64,000 bases of DNA from an uncultured Planctomycetota bacterium. GTDB taxonomy: Bacteria > Planctomycetota > Planctomycetia > Isosphaerales > Isosphaeraceae. The stretch spans positions 1,536,001 through 1,600,000 of the forward strand of contig CAWGMQ010000004.1 in the NCBI GenBank assembly GCA_963823665.1. Direction: 5' to 3'. The translations under genes were made by a program, and so were the position numbers. Below the pieces are notes generated by a model. That model saw nothing but the letters and a program-made list of their open reading frames with translations. It made no database searches and was not told the origin of the DNA. This document shows, one piece after another, positions 18,472 to 30,868 of this stretch (position 1 is its first letter; every line of letters starts with the position of its first letter).

Positions 18472-19074
18472 ATGAGTGAATCTGAACCCTGCTCCGCAAT
18501 GGTCGAAGCCGCCCACAGCCGTTTCTGGAACGTTCCGAACACGCTCACTGTCAGCCGGCTCGTGCTGGCACTCCTGGTGTTCGCGCTGATCGGCACCGAG
18601 TTCTATTTCTGGGCAATGGTCATCTTCACGATCGCTGCCGTGACCGACGCTCTGGATGGCTACTTCGCTCGCCTGCTCAAACAAGATACGCCACTGGGCC
18701 GCCAGCTCGACCCGCTCGTCGACAAGGTGATCGTCGCGGGCTGCTACATCTACCTGGCAGCCAACCCCGATACAGGCGTCAAGCCCTGGATGGTCACCGC
18801 AATCATCGTCCGCGAGCTCCTCATTCAAGGGTTGCGCAGCCACCTCGAAGGGCGGGGCCAGGCGTTCGGGGCCAGAATGGCGGGCAAGCTCAAGACGGTC
18901 TGCCAGTGCATTTCGATCGTCTTGGTCTTGTTCTGTCTGACGTTGATACCATCAAAGCCGGATGTCTTCTTGTGGTTTCGCGACGGGTTTACGTGGCTCG
19001 CCGTGCTCCTGACGATTTACAGCGGCTTGAGCTACGTTTGGATTGCGCTGCCGAGTTTCCGCAGCGCTACGTGA
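18472..19074 (+). CDS. pgsA: CDP-diacylglycerol--glycerol-3-phosphate 3-phosphatidyltransferase
   Basis: NVPNTLT..R, DALDGYFAR...G..LDPLVDK, GKLKT motifs; follows rimO. Confidence 0.92.
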   Translation: MSESEPCSAMVEAAHSRFWNVPNTLTVSRLVLALLVFALIGTEFYFWAMVIFTIAAVTDALDGYFARLLKQDTPLGRQLDPLVDKVIVAGCYIYLAANPDTGVKPWMVTAIIVRELLIQGLRSHLEGRGQAFGARMAGKLKTVCQCISIVLVLFCLTLIPSKPDVFLWFRDGFTWLAVLLTIYSGLSYVWIALPSFRSAT

Positions 19075-19125
19075 CCCTCTGCGCGGGCCAGTCTTCGACC
19101 GAACCCTGTTTCAAGGCGCAACTTG

Positions 19126-19967
19126 ATGGCGTGGCTGGAAGCACTTGTCCTCGGCCTGGTTCAAGGAATCACCGAGTTTCTCCCGGTCTCCAGCGACGGC
19201 CATCTCCTGCTGACTCAGAGTTTCTTCGCCTGGCTGACCGGTCAGAGTCGCACGGGTAAGGAGAACCTCTTCTTCGACATCATTCTTCACCTTGGTACGA
19301 CCGCCGCAATCCTCGCCTATCACCGCCGATCGATTCTACAGGGCTGGCGTGGACTCTCTGGCGCTTCCGAAATCACGCCCGGGTTTCAGCGAGCCGAGCT
19401 GATCCACGTCGGAGTTCTCGCAGCGGTGGCAACCGCGCCATTGGTGCCGTTCGCTCTGTACTTGAAGAAGCCGCTCGAGAGCACGTTCGAAGGCACGTGT
19501 GGGCCGGATGCGGTTTCCTGGTCACCGCGGCGGTGCTGCTCGGCACCGGATGGATAGGACGGCGAGACGGGGTCAGGGGGCCGTCGAACACATACTGGTG
19601 GCATGCCCTTGCGATCGGACTCGCCCAGTTGTTCGCCCCACTGCCCGGGGTCAGCCGCAGCGGCGTGACAATCGCGACCGCGCTCGCTCTCGGGTTCTCG
19701 CGGACCTGGGCAGTCGGCTTCAGCCTGCTGATCGCCGTCCCGGCGGTGCTTGGCGCCGTAGTGCTCGCGATCAAGGACCTGAAGCCATCGGATTTTACGT
19801 TCGATCGCGTCGGCCCGGCCCTCGCGGGTACCGTCATTGCCGCGGTCGTGGGTTACTTCGCGATCATCTGGTTGACGCGAGTCGTTCGCTCCGGCCGAAT
19901 CTGGTGGTTCTCGCTGTACCTCGTCGTGCTGGCACTCGTCGTCCTGTCGATTGCAGCGCGTGGCTGA
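19126..19967 (+). CDS. uppP: Undecaprenyl-diphosphate phosphatase (one frameshift near 19497, probably a sequence error)
   Basis: GLVQGITEFLPVSSDGHL in the first frame; PGVSRSGVT and FSLL...P in the second frame. Confidence 0.88.
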
Positions 19968-19981
19968 ATTGAATTGCACGC

Positions 19982-22140
19982 TCATTTGATCGACGCGAGC
20001 TGCTGGTGGGCGTATGACTGCCATTGCTTCTGCAGTTCCTCGAACCCGCCGATGCGGTAGACCTCGCGCAGCGCCGCCTCGGCTCCTTTGCGACCCGATT
20101 CCCGGACGAACTGGATCAACTGCGCGGGCGTCCCTTGCTCCACCAGGAAGCGTGTGAGCGAGACGCTCTGAGCGTAGTAGAGGCTCCAATCCTTGGCTTT
20201 GGGAGTGTCGGTCGACATGAGTTGTCGCAGCTCGAAAACCTGACCGGACGAAAGCGATTCCTGCAGGTCGGCCGCCCTCAGTTTTTGTTCGCTCTCCGGC
20301 TCGGCGAGCACGGCGATACCCTCGTCCGCCCAGCGCGGAATTTGCTGAACCGTGAACAGATCCGCCACCACGACGTGAGTGACTTCGTGCGGCAGGACTG
20401 CCTCCACCAGCCGGGGCTGATCGGCCCGCAAATGGACTTTTCTGGTCGTGATCTGCTTTCGGTCGCTCTCGATGATTGAGAACCCGGGCGAAGCTTCCGG
20501 TTGACCGGTTGCCTTGGCAAACGCTTTCCCATTCGGATAGAGATAGATTTCGCACCGAGTGGTCCATGCTTCCTGCACGGCCGAGCTGCCCCATCGCTTC
20601 GCCTGCGCCGTGCGGACTGACTCCGCAACTCCAGCGGCTGACTCCGCCAAAGCGGAATCAGCATGAAAGATCAAAAAATTCGGGGTCTCGTGCACCTGCC
20701 ACTCCCCATTCCAGGGGGCGGCCGAGCGCGATGGCGATGGATCGACGGGTGCAGCTTCGTTCGAGCCGGGAACAGGACCGGCCGCGCTCGCTGCGGCAGC
20801 AACTGTTCCATCGCTGGGGGCGGCTCCCCGCGCCCGCCCGGTGAGAAGCGACCTCCGGCTCGATCGGCCGCAAGTTTCACCGGCCGTTGCGCGCCCTCTA
20901 CCTTCGAGTCGGCTACATCCGATGCCACCTGACTCTCCGTGTCACTCCTGTTGGGCGGCGCATCTGCACGCGACTTGCCGAAGAGCCGTGGAAGTCGCCG
21001 GCTTTCTCCGCTGTCCTCATCGGGCGCCGAGCCACGAACCACGAGGTTATCGCTTTTCGCAGGCGTACGGCTCCGGCTCTTCCGCGCCTCGGCCAATCGA
21101 TTTCGCAGGTATTCCGCATACCAGAGCCTGGGAGCCAGTCGCTGAATGCTCTGGATTTCAGCCTCGATTTCGGTCCATTCCCGATCCGATTGTGGCCGCG
21201 CGTTCATCCGGGTCGCGACGGCGACCATGCGGCAATAAGCCCAGTGGTTGATGCGATCGGCGGGCAGCCGGTTCTCACGCGCGAGCGCGGCGTAGCATTG
21301 ACCGGCCTCTTCGTACTTTTTCGCGGAGAAGAGCCGATTGCCTTCGTCCAGACTACGCATCCGCGGCACTCGCTCTTCGCTCTCCGGCTCGCTCGACGGT
21401 CGAGTACCAGACGACTCCGGAGCGGCCACAATCGGCGGCTCTGAAACAGCAGGTGGCGCCGCGACAGCCACAGGTCCGGAGCGGGTCTCGGGCACCCGAA
21501 GGGTCTCCGCCGTTTGCTTGACCGAAGGTCTCCCACTTCCACCGTTCGTTCGGCGCGGGTCTCGGGCACCCGAAGCGTCGCCGCCGTCCGCCGGTGGCTC
21601 TGTGAGAGCCGCCGGCTCAGATCCAGCCTGAGCCGCCGGCTTCTCGAGAGCACGTCCGATTTCGGCATGCGCCGGGGCGGGCATGACTGTCTTGTCCCGA
21701 TCGCGCTCGCGGTCTTTCTCAAGTCGCTGGGCGGCTGGGAGATTGGTCGGCGCGGGCGATCGCGGCTTCTCCGGCGATTTGACACGTGCGTTCGGCTCTC
21801 GAGCCGGCTCGCGCGCGCCGCGGTTCGCGTTCAGAATCGCCAGGTTGTCGCGGTAGTAGGCTGCTTTCCGCTCGTTGCCGGCTGCTTCGGCCTCGTGGGC
21901 GAGCGCCTCGTACGATTGCCTGAGTAAGGGGAGGATCATGGGTCGCTCCCGGGCTCCTGCCTCGAGCAGCAGGTCTTCCAGGAGCGACGCGGCCGACGCA
22001 TTATCTTTGGCTTCGATGAGCCGGCGCGCCCGGTCGATTGTGCCGGCCGCTGCGCCGGCGTCGTCCGCTCCGGCTCCGTGAGCCGACGATGCAAGAATGA
22101 GGCAGAAACACACAGTCACCGTGGTAGCAGCCTGACGCAT
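19982..22140 (-). CDS. Secreted TPR-like / peptidase MA-like (gluzincin) protein, frameshifted near 20800-20870
   Basis: Signal peptide and helical N-terminus; the downstream frame reads WQVHETPNFLIFH...LPHEVTHVV...PRWADEGIA. Confidence 0.72.
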
Positions 22141-22330
22141 GACGGTCCATGTCCTGTCGGGCTGAAGGTTGGGCCGGCCGGAAGCCCTGTACTCCGGTCA
22201 TTTCGGGTGCGGAGTATGCTCGCAATCCCCCAGACCGTCAACCTGAACCGTTCCGGGGGTCCCCGTCAGTCTGCGTCATCTCCTTGCAGCAACTGAACTT
22301 ACGGATGACGATGTTGGAAACCAGCGCTGG

Positions 22331-25300
22331 TCAATGCGACGGCGTGATCGCCTTTCCGTTCTTCGAGATCGCAAACACCGAGGTGCCGCTGATGGGAGCA
22401 CCCGTGGCGCCCTTCACTCCGAGGCTTGAGTTGCTCACAATCGCCAGCCGGCCGCCGGTCGGGAAAGTCTGCGTGCCGATCAGCGTCAGGTCCACGGTGT
22501 CGGTCGCAGCGATGTACGAGACCCTGAAGTTTGTGATCGGATGAAGGATCGTCGTCGTCTTCCTTTTGACCTTCTTGATGGTGATGCTATCGAGCTGGTA
22601 ATAGCCGGCCGTCGTCGCACTCACCTGATCGAGCGCGGCGTTGAATGTGAAGCTGAATCCGGTCAGCACCGCGGGGCCGACCGGTTTGCCCTTCTTCAAC
22701 TTGCGCCCGAAGATCGCCTTCTCGCCAATGATCACCGGCGGTGGGGCCGGGTTTAGCACGGTGATTGTCGCCTGGGCGGACGTGGGAGTGGTCTGCACCA
22801 AGCCCAGATTGTTGGTGGCCACGCTGTAAAAGCCGTACGTGTGGCCGGGCTGGGCGGTAAAGGATGCCGAAGTCGCGGTCGTGTGGGTCAAGACCGGGCT
22901 GAATGATCCTCCATTCACGGACGCGAAGATCTCGTACGAAGTGATGCTCGTCGCTCCCACGCCCGGAGTGCCGCTCCAGCTCACGGTGAAGGTCGTCGAC
23001 GTGGTGCTGGCGGGGAGCGGATTCACCGTGCTGGTCGGTGGACCGGCGAGCGTCGGCAAGCCCGCGATCGAACTGAAGTTGGTCACCATCAGGTTGGTGG
23101 CCTCCGTGCCGGTGGCACCCTTGCCCGAGGGCTGGACACCGAAGGCGAGCCCCGCGCAGCCCGCGTTGCCGGGACTCACGTCGCCCGGCAGCGTCGCATC
23201 GCCCGGGAGGCCTGTCGAGGGGATCGCGACTGTGGTTCCGTCTGCGCCGAAGATCTGAAGGAAACCGTCGAGCGCGACCTGAAGGCCGTTGCCTTGGAAT
23301 GCGACTTCGAGCGTGTGGAATTTCGTCGAGTCAAACGACTGTGGCTGCGCCGTGGTGGCCGTGACGGTGTTGTTCCGCAGGTCCACGACCTGGATCACGC
23401 CGGTGTTCGTGAGGCGAACCCAGTAGCCGCCGCTGGGGTCGAACGGCTCGCCGCCGACGATTCCGTCGTTCGTGAATGCCGCACGGCTGCGGAAAAAGAT
23501 CCCGGCGTCGGTGGTATCGTCTGCCGAGTCGGTGGGAACAAGCAAGTTCACCGTGATGTCGAGGTCCTGGCCGACGCTCGTGCCGCGGGTCGCGCCGGTG
23601 TTCGATGACGTGCTGAACTCCACACCACCGTAGTCCACGCTGCTGGGCCGCAGCGTGTCCGATGAAATCACGGCACCGGCAAAGACCGGCACATAATAAT
23701 AGGTGCCCGTGCCGCCCAGGGTATTGTCTGCCTGACCCAGGTTGTCTTGCGTCGCATCCGCCCGATCGAACGAGTCTGAAAAAAGCGTGTTGCTGCCGGA
23801 GGTGCTGACCGTGGCAGTGCCGGTGATGGTGGTCGTGCTGCCACCCTGGTCCGTGACCGCGATGCTGATCGGGAAGCTGCCCGCTTTGGCATAGGTGTGC
23901 GACCCGCTCACCGTGTAGATGCCGCTGGCATAAGAAACTGTGCCGGACGAGGTGGGGCCGCCGTCACCCCAGGTGATCACGGCCGTGAAATCGCCGGCGT
24001 GGTTCCCGGGGTTTAAGTCGGTGAAGGTGGCCCCCGCCAGGATGCTGCTGCCGGCCACACCCGCTGATCCGCCGGCCTTGGCCGCGCTCGAGCCCGAGGG
24101 CGCGTCGTCCACGCTGAAGGTGCTCGTGCCCGCGCTCGTCGACGCTCCGCCGGAGTCGTTCACCTGCACGCTGAATGTCTGGTCGCTCAGCTCCTCGGCG
24201 TAGGTGTACGAAAGCTCGACGTCGAAACCGCCGGCCGGGTTGGCCACGATCTTCCCACTGGCGCCCGCCGGCGGGGTGCCAACCACGCCGCTGCTATTGA
24301 GCGTCACGCTGTTGCCGTCGCCCAGGGTAACGATCGCCTGGTATTGACTGGCCGTGCCGCCGGGATCGGCGTCGGTGAAGTGGAAGACCGTTTGGTTGGT
24401 GAAAGCCTGGCCCTCGACAAGGGGGGGCGGAGTGAGCTGGGAGATCGTGCTGTTGCCGTTGTTGGCGACGTAAAGATTGCCCACCGGATCGAACGCCAGT
24501 CCAGCGTAGGTCCCGGCCGCGGCGCCATCGAGCGTGGCGAACGTGGTTTCGACCTTCGAAGGCGTCACCTTGGTGATATCGCTGGTGTCGCTGTTGAAGA
24601 CATAGAAGTTGCCGTCGGGGCCGAAGACCAGGGAGGTGGGGCCGCTGATGGGCCCGCCGGTGACAAACGTGGTGACGTTCCCCGCGGGCGTCACCTCGTA
24701 AATCGTGTCGTTGTTTTCGCTGGCCACGTAGAGGTTCACGCCGTCGAAGGCCAGCGCAATCGGGTAATCAAGCCCTTGGTTGTTACCGACGAAGGTGGTG
24801 ACGGTCCCCCCTGGCGTCACCTTCATGATCATGTTGTCGTACTTATCGCAGACGTAGAGATTGCCATCCGGGTCGAAGACCGGACCGTTGGGGTTGTTGA
24901 TGCTTGCGAACGTGGTGACCACGCCCTGCGGCGTCACCTTGCTGATGTTCTCGCCATGGAAGTTGGCAACGTAGAGGTTGCCCGCGCTGTCGAAAGCCAC
25001 GCCGTCCGGGGTGTTGAGTTGGCTGCTATTCACGTAGGTCGAGATGCCTCCCAAGGGCGTCACCAGCGAGATGGTGTTGCTGACGGCGTTGGGAACGTAG
25101 AGGTTGCCATTGTAGTAGGCCGGGTCCACGGGGGAGCTGAGCCCCTGGCCCGTGCCGAGTGGGACGACAGTAGGCATGCCCGTGCCGTGAGGCGGCGCCA
25201 GCCCGTCGGCAGTGAGGGGCGCGTCCACCGTGGCCGTGACCGTGAACGAGACGACCGGAGACACGGTCGCATTGCCCGCCTTGTCGGTGGCGATCGCGGC

Positions 25301-28300
25301 GGCCCCGTAGTTGCCGTCGGCGAGCGGCGTTGTGAAGGTGAACATGAACGGCGCGGTGGTCTGGGCCGGGCCGGCGTCGTTCCAGGTCGTGCCTCCGTTG
25401 CTAGTGTATTCAAACTGGACCGAGGCCAGGCCGCTGCCGCCGGTGTTATCGGAAGCGGTGGCCGAGAGTGTCGGCGTGGTGTTGCTCGTGATCGTGCCGT
25501 CCGCCGGGGCCGTCATTGTGACGGTCGGAGGCACGGTGTCGATCGTGAAGGAAACGGCCGACGTGGTCGCGGTGTTGCCGGAATTGTCGGTGGCGACGGC
25601 GCGCACCTGGTAGTTGCCGTCGGGCAAGGCCGTCGCGAAGGTGAAACTGAACGGCGCGGTGGTTTGGGCCGCTCCGGCATTGATCCAAGTGCTGCCGCCG
25701 TTGTTGCTGTACTCGAACTGGACGTTCTTCAGGCCGCTGCCGCCGGTCTCGGAAGCGGTGGCGGAGAGCATCGGCTTGTTGACATTCGTGCGCGCTCGAG
25801 GGGGCGGTGATCTCGACGTTCAGGGTGCCGTTGCCTATCGTGAACGACACAGTCGGCGAAGTCGCGCTGTTGCCGGCCTTGTCGGTGGCGTCGGCCCGGG
25901 CCTCGTACGTGCCCAGGGCCAGCGCGGTCGTGAACGTGAAGCTGAACGGTGCGGTGGTCTGGGCAGTTCCGACGTTGGTCCAGGTGCTGCCGCTGTTGCT
26001 GCTGTACTGGAACTGCACACCGGCCAGGCCGCTGCCGCCGGTGTTGTCGGAGGCAGTGGCCGAGAGCGTGGGCGTGGTGTTGCTGGTGAAGGTGCCGTTG
26101 GCCGGGGCCGTCATCGTGACGGTGGGCGCCACGGTGTCGATCAAAAACGAAACGGCTGGCGAGGTATCGGTGTTACCGGCGTTGTCGGTGGCGATCGCGC
26201 GAGCCTGGTAGCTGCCGTCGGCAAGCGCGGTCGTGAATGTGAAGCTGAACGGTGCGGCGGTCAGGGCATTTCCGGCGTTGTTCCAGGTGCTGCCGGCGTT
26301 CGCGCTGTACTGGAACTGGACATTCTTCAGACCGGTGCCGCCAATTTCTGAGGCGTTGGCCGAGAGCTTCGGCTTGTTGTTGTTTGTGCTGCTGCCGTTA
26401 GCCGGCGCCGTCATCGCCACGGTCGGCGCCGCATTGCCGATCGTGAAGGAAACCGCCGACGAGGTGGCGACGTTGCCGGCGTTGTCGGTTGCGACGGCGC
26501 GCGCCTGGTAGTCGCCATCGGCCAGCGCCGTCGTGAACGTGTAATTGAATGGCGCGGCGGTGAGGGGAGAGCCCACGTCAGTCCAGGTCGAGCCCGCGTT
26601 ACTCGAGTACTCGAACTGGACAGTGGCAAGCCCGCTGCCGCCCGTGTTGTCGGAGGCCGTGGCCGAGAGCGTGGGCATGTCGTCCGTGGTCTCGCTGCCA
26701 TCCTCCGGGGCCGTCATGTCGACGGTCGGCGCAACCGTGTCGATCGTGAAGGAAACGGCGGTGGATGTCGCACTGTTCCCGTCGTTGTCCGTGGCGACTG
26801 CGTCGGCTTGATACGTGCCGTCCTCGAGCGCCGTCGGGAAGGTCAAACTGTACGGTCCGGAGGTCTCTGCCGACCCGGCGCCGATCCAGGTGCTACCGCC
26901 GTCGGTGCTGTACTGAAACTGAATTTTCGCCAGGCCGCTTCCGCTGTTGTCCGTGGCCGTGGCCGCCAGCGTCGGCTTGTTGTTGTTCGTCACACTGTCA
27001 TTCGCCGGGGCCGTCATGGCCACGGTCGGGGCCATCGTGTTGATCGAGAACGAGACGACTGCCGAGGTCGCGCTGTTGCCGGCATTGTCCGTGGCGATTG
27101 CACGGCCCTGGTAGTTACCAGCGGCGAGCGCCGTCGTGAAGGTGAAGGAAAACGGCCCTGTCGTCAGTGCCGGCCCGGCATCATTCCAGGTGCCGCCCGA
27201 GTCGCTGCTGTATTCAAGCTGCACCGTCGCCAGCCCGCTGCCACCCGAATTATCCGAAGCCGTGGCCGAAAGTGTCGGCTTGGTGTTGCTCGAGGCGCTT
27301 CCGTTGGCCGGCGACGTCATCTGAACGGTCGGGTCCACGGTGTCAATCGTGAACGTCACCGCCGCCGAAGTTGCATCGTTACCGTCATTGTCGGTCGCGA
27401 CGGCTCGCGCCTGGTAAGACCCGTCCGCAAGCGCGGTCGTGAACGTGAAGCTGTAGGGCTCGGAAGTCACGTCCGAGCCGGCGTCGTTCCACGTGGTGCC
27501 GCCGTCGCCGCTGAGCTCGAACTGCACGCTGTCGATCCCGCTGCCGCTGTTGTCCGTGGCCGTGGCCGAGAGCGTCGGCTTGTTGTCGTTCAAGACAGCA
27601 CCGCCGGCTGGTGCCGTCATCGCGACAGTCGGGACGACCCCGGTTGACTTGGTCGAGTCGAGATTGATCTCGTAGTACTCGCCGAGTGCGTCATACTCGG
27701 TGGCGATATAGGTCACCACACCGTCAAAGAGGAATGACGCATCGATCCCGCTGACGGACCAGGTGCCGTCGGGATTGACGACCGTATCCGCGTCGTCGGT
27801 CATTTCGTTGGAATCGCCGTCGCCGTCGCTGTCGGTGATGTTGACGACGATATCGTCACCCGGAACTCCTCTGCCGGTGACGGCCACGTTGAACTGGTTG
27901 GCAGTCGTGATCGGCGGGGTGCTCGTAAACGCCAGCGCGAGCTGCGTCGTGTCCTTGGTCGCATCCTGCTGGATCATGGTCACGTTGCCTGCCGAATCCG
28001 TCTGCGTGACGTTGTATGTTACATTCCCGTCTGCGAGTGGGGCGGCGTCAATCCCGGTCACCGACCAGGTGCCGTCCATGACCTTCGCCGGTGCAACGAC
28101 CGTCGTCCTCAGGCCGTCGGTGATCGTGACCGCGATGTCATCGCCGTTACCTCCCGTGCCGGTCACCGTGACGTTGCCCTTGTCGTCATCATTGATATTC
28201 GGCGCACTCGTGAAAGCGAGAACTCCCGTCGTCTTGGTCGCGTACTGGGTGATGTTGGTCAGCATGCTCCCGTCCGGCGAATACTCGTAGACCAGATAGG

Positions 28301-30830
28301 TAATCCGGCCGTCCAATAGCGATGAGGCGTCCAGGCCGCTGACCGACCAGGTGCCGTCGGCGTTGGTGGGGGGGGTGAAGTGCCCCGTCACCGTGTCGGC
28401 ACCGCTGCTGACCTGGCCGAGGGTCACGGTGCCGTCGGTGATGAGAACAGTAATCGGATCGGCGTAGTATGGGTCGGCGGTGATCGCCTCGGTGCCGCTG
28501 ACGGTGATGTTCTTCACGTTGGCGGCGTTGATGTCAGGCGCGGTGGTGAATGCCAGCGGCGGTCCCTTGACGGACGGCCAGGCTGACAGCCCGCCAATGA
28601 CGCTGCCGCTCAAGTTTTTCTCTGTAATCGTCCAGTAGATCCAGCCGTCAGAAAGCCCGGAGGCATCGAGATTGGGCACGAACCAGGTGCCATCGCTCAC
28701 AGTCACGGGACCGGCGCCGGCATAGTCATAGGGAGGCCCATTGGCATCGTGCACGCTCACCGTGACGGTGTCTCCGTCGTGGATTCCTGTGCCTGTCAGG
28801 ATCACGTTCTGGGCATTGGCATCCGAGATGTTCTGGTCGCAGGTGAACGTGACGTATCGAGCGCTGGTCACTGTCACGGTATCGGAGGCGGTGTTGTTGG
28901 TGTAATCTTCGGCGACCAGGCCGTCGGGATCGACCATCGCCACGCCGCCCGGGCGCGGGTTCGGAGCATCTCCGATCTCCGTCGGCGTCGCCTTGAACAC
29001 CACGTCGAAGCTGCCCCCCGGTTGAATCGTGAAGTCGGTGCCGTCGGCGCCGGTGACCGAGACGGTCAAATTACTGTCGGTGATGTTCGCAACCGGCATT
29101 GCAGCTCCGGTCACGCCGTTCAGGTTGATCACGTTGAGCTCGGAGTACCCGATTCCGTTGTTCGGTAGGTTGTCGACCAGAAGCCGTTGAAGGTTGTTGA
29201 AAACCGCCGGCGCAGTGCCGTCGTTGCTCACGTGCAGCGTCCAGGTCCAGCTCATATTGAGCGCCGCGGTATTGCTGACGTCATCGGTGATTTTCAGCTT
29301 CAAGTCGGCCAGATTCGGGTTGAGCGTATACCCGATCACGTCAAACAGGGTGAGCTCGCCCTGATCAAGAGTCGGCGCGGTCGCTGGCCTGGCATTCGAG
29401 TCTTGAACCTGGACCAGAGGGCGGCCGCGCGGGCTGATCCAATCGCCGTAGTCGTTTCCCGCGACGTTGTTGAATTCTTCACCGAACACGTCATGCGCCC
29501 CTCCATCGATCGAGAAGTAGGCCGCGGTCGCAGGATTGAAGTTATAACTCAGCACGCCCGAGAGCCCAGGCCCGGGCGGCGCGGTGTAGCGAAAAAGAGC
29601 GCCTGGACTAGGAACTGGCGGGGCCGCGGCGCTCGGATTGCTCGTCACGCCGAGCCCAGGCCCTGCGCCGCCCGCGCCCAGGACCTCGCTAAGCTCATGC
29701 AACACGGTCGAGAGCAGGTCGTACTGCGTGCTATTTGCCGGGGCGGGACGGGTGACGTTCAAGGCAGACAAGTTGAGATAGATCGTGGCGGCCGGTGACG
29801 GAGACGGAATGCCCAAGGCAGTCGCTAGCGCGCGCGTGAGCGTGATATCGGCACCTCCTCCCGGCGATGCCACGTTGACGACTGGCGCAACGGTGTAATC
29901 GGTTCCTGCGTTCGTGATATGAAAGCCGGTGACGACACCTGTGGCGGGATCGACGATGGCCGTAGCGGTCGCTTGTACGCCCCCTCCATTTGAAGGACTG
30001 ATGAAGACTTGCGGCAATTGCGAGGCATCGTACCCCCCACCCCCGCCACCGGCGGGCACCACGATGGAATTCACGGTGCCGGCGCCATCAATCGTTGCCA
30101 CGGCCGTGGCGTCCTGGCCGCCGAGCGGCGCCGGAAGATTCGGACCCTTCGGAAGAAACTGCATCGCGGTAACGTCGTCGGTGCTTGGGCTTAGTTGGCC
30201 GCTCAGAGCCGTCAGGTAGCTCGCGTACGTAGGCGAAACAACAAACGTTGAGCTTGCACCGAGGCCCGAGAGCTCCGCGACCGCGGTGGCCTGTGTTCCG
30301 GGGCCGGGAGGTGGATCGATCACGACATTCGGGATCGTCGTGTAGCCGCTACCATGGGTGCCGCCGTTATCAAAGTCAAAGCCCGTGATCTTACCGTCGG
30401 GCGATACGACCGCCGTGGCGGCCGCCTGGGTACCGCCCCCGCCGGGGACGTCGATCCTGACATGTGGCGGGCTAGCAGGGTTATACCCGCTACCGGCATC
30501 TTGGATTGTGAGGTCGTCGATCGAGCTCTGCATGACCGAAAAAACGACGCTTACAGTCGTGGGGTAAGTCGTGGTCAGAAAGCCGTCCAGGATTCGAGCC
30601 GCCGTGTTGATCGTGTCTTCAATCGCTTGATGGTTGGGAAGATTGGAAATGCTGGGATCGGGCGTCGCCATGATCGTCAGCGACGCCGGAACCGCGCGAT
30701 CCTCAAGCATCTCAATCACCAGCCGGCGGCGAGCCGATTTCTGGCGACCGGCCGCCAAACCTCGCCGTCGGGCCCGAAACGACGGAAATCCCCAGTTCAA
30801 TCGACCCGGCGAAGACTTGCGAAACTGCAT
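22331..30830 (-). CDS. Giant surface protein copy B (zincin-like HExxE domain, DUF11-like, Ig-like repeats, NHL propeller, lectin-like, FN3-like); frameshift near 25790
   Basis: ORFs 25446-30872 and 22331-25771 join into a full paralog of copy A; IEMLEDRAVPA N-terminal motif; HELSEVLG. Confidence 0.85.
22382..26760. repeat. ~4.4-kb near-identical direct repeat of 30920-35300
   Basis: Offset 8538-8541 nt. Differences seen: a 3-nt indel near 24096, a substitution at 25600 and a garbled patch near 25790. Confidence 0.95.
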
Positions 30831-30868
30831 TGTTGTAATCCCAGTGTTGCAGCCTGGACATCGTCCAC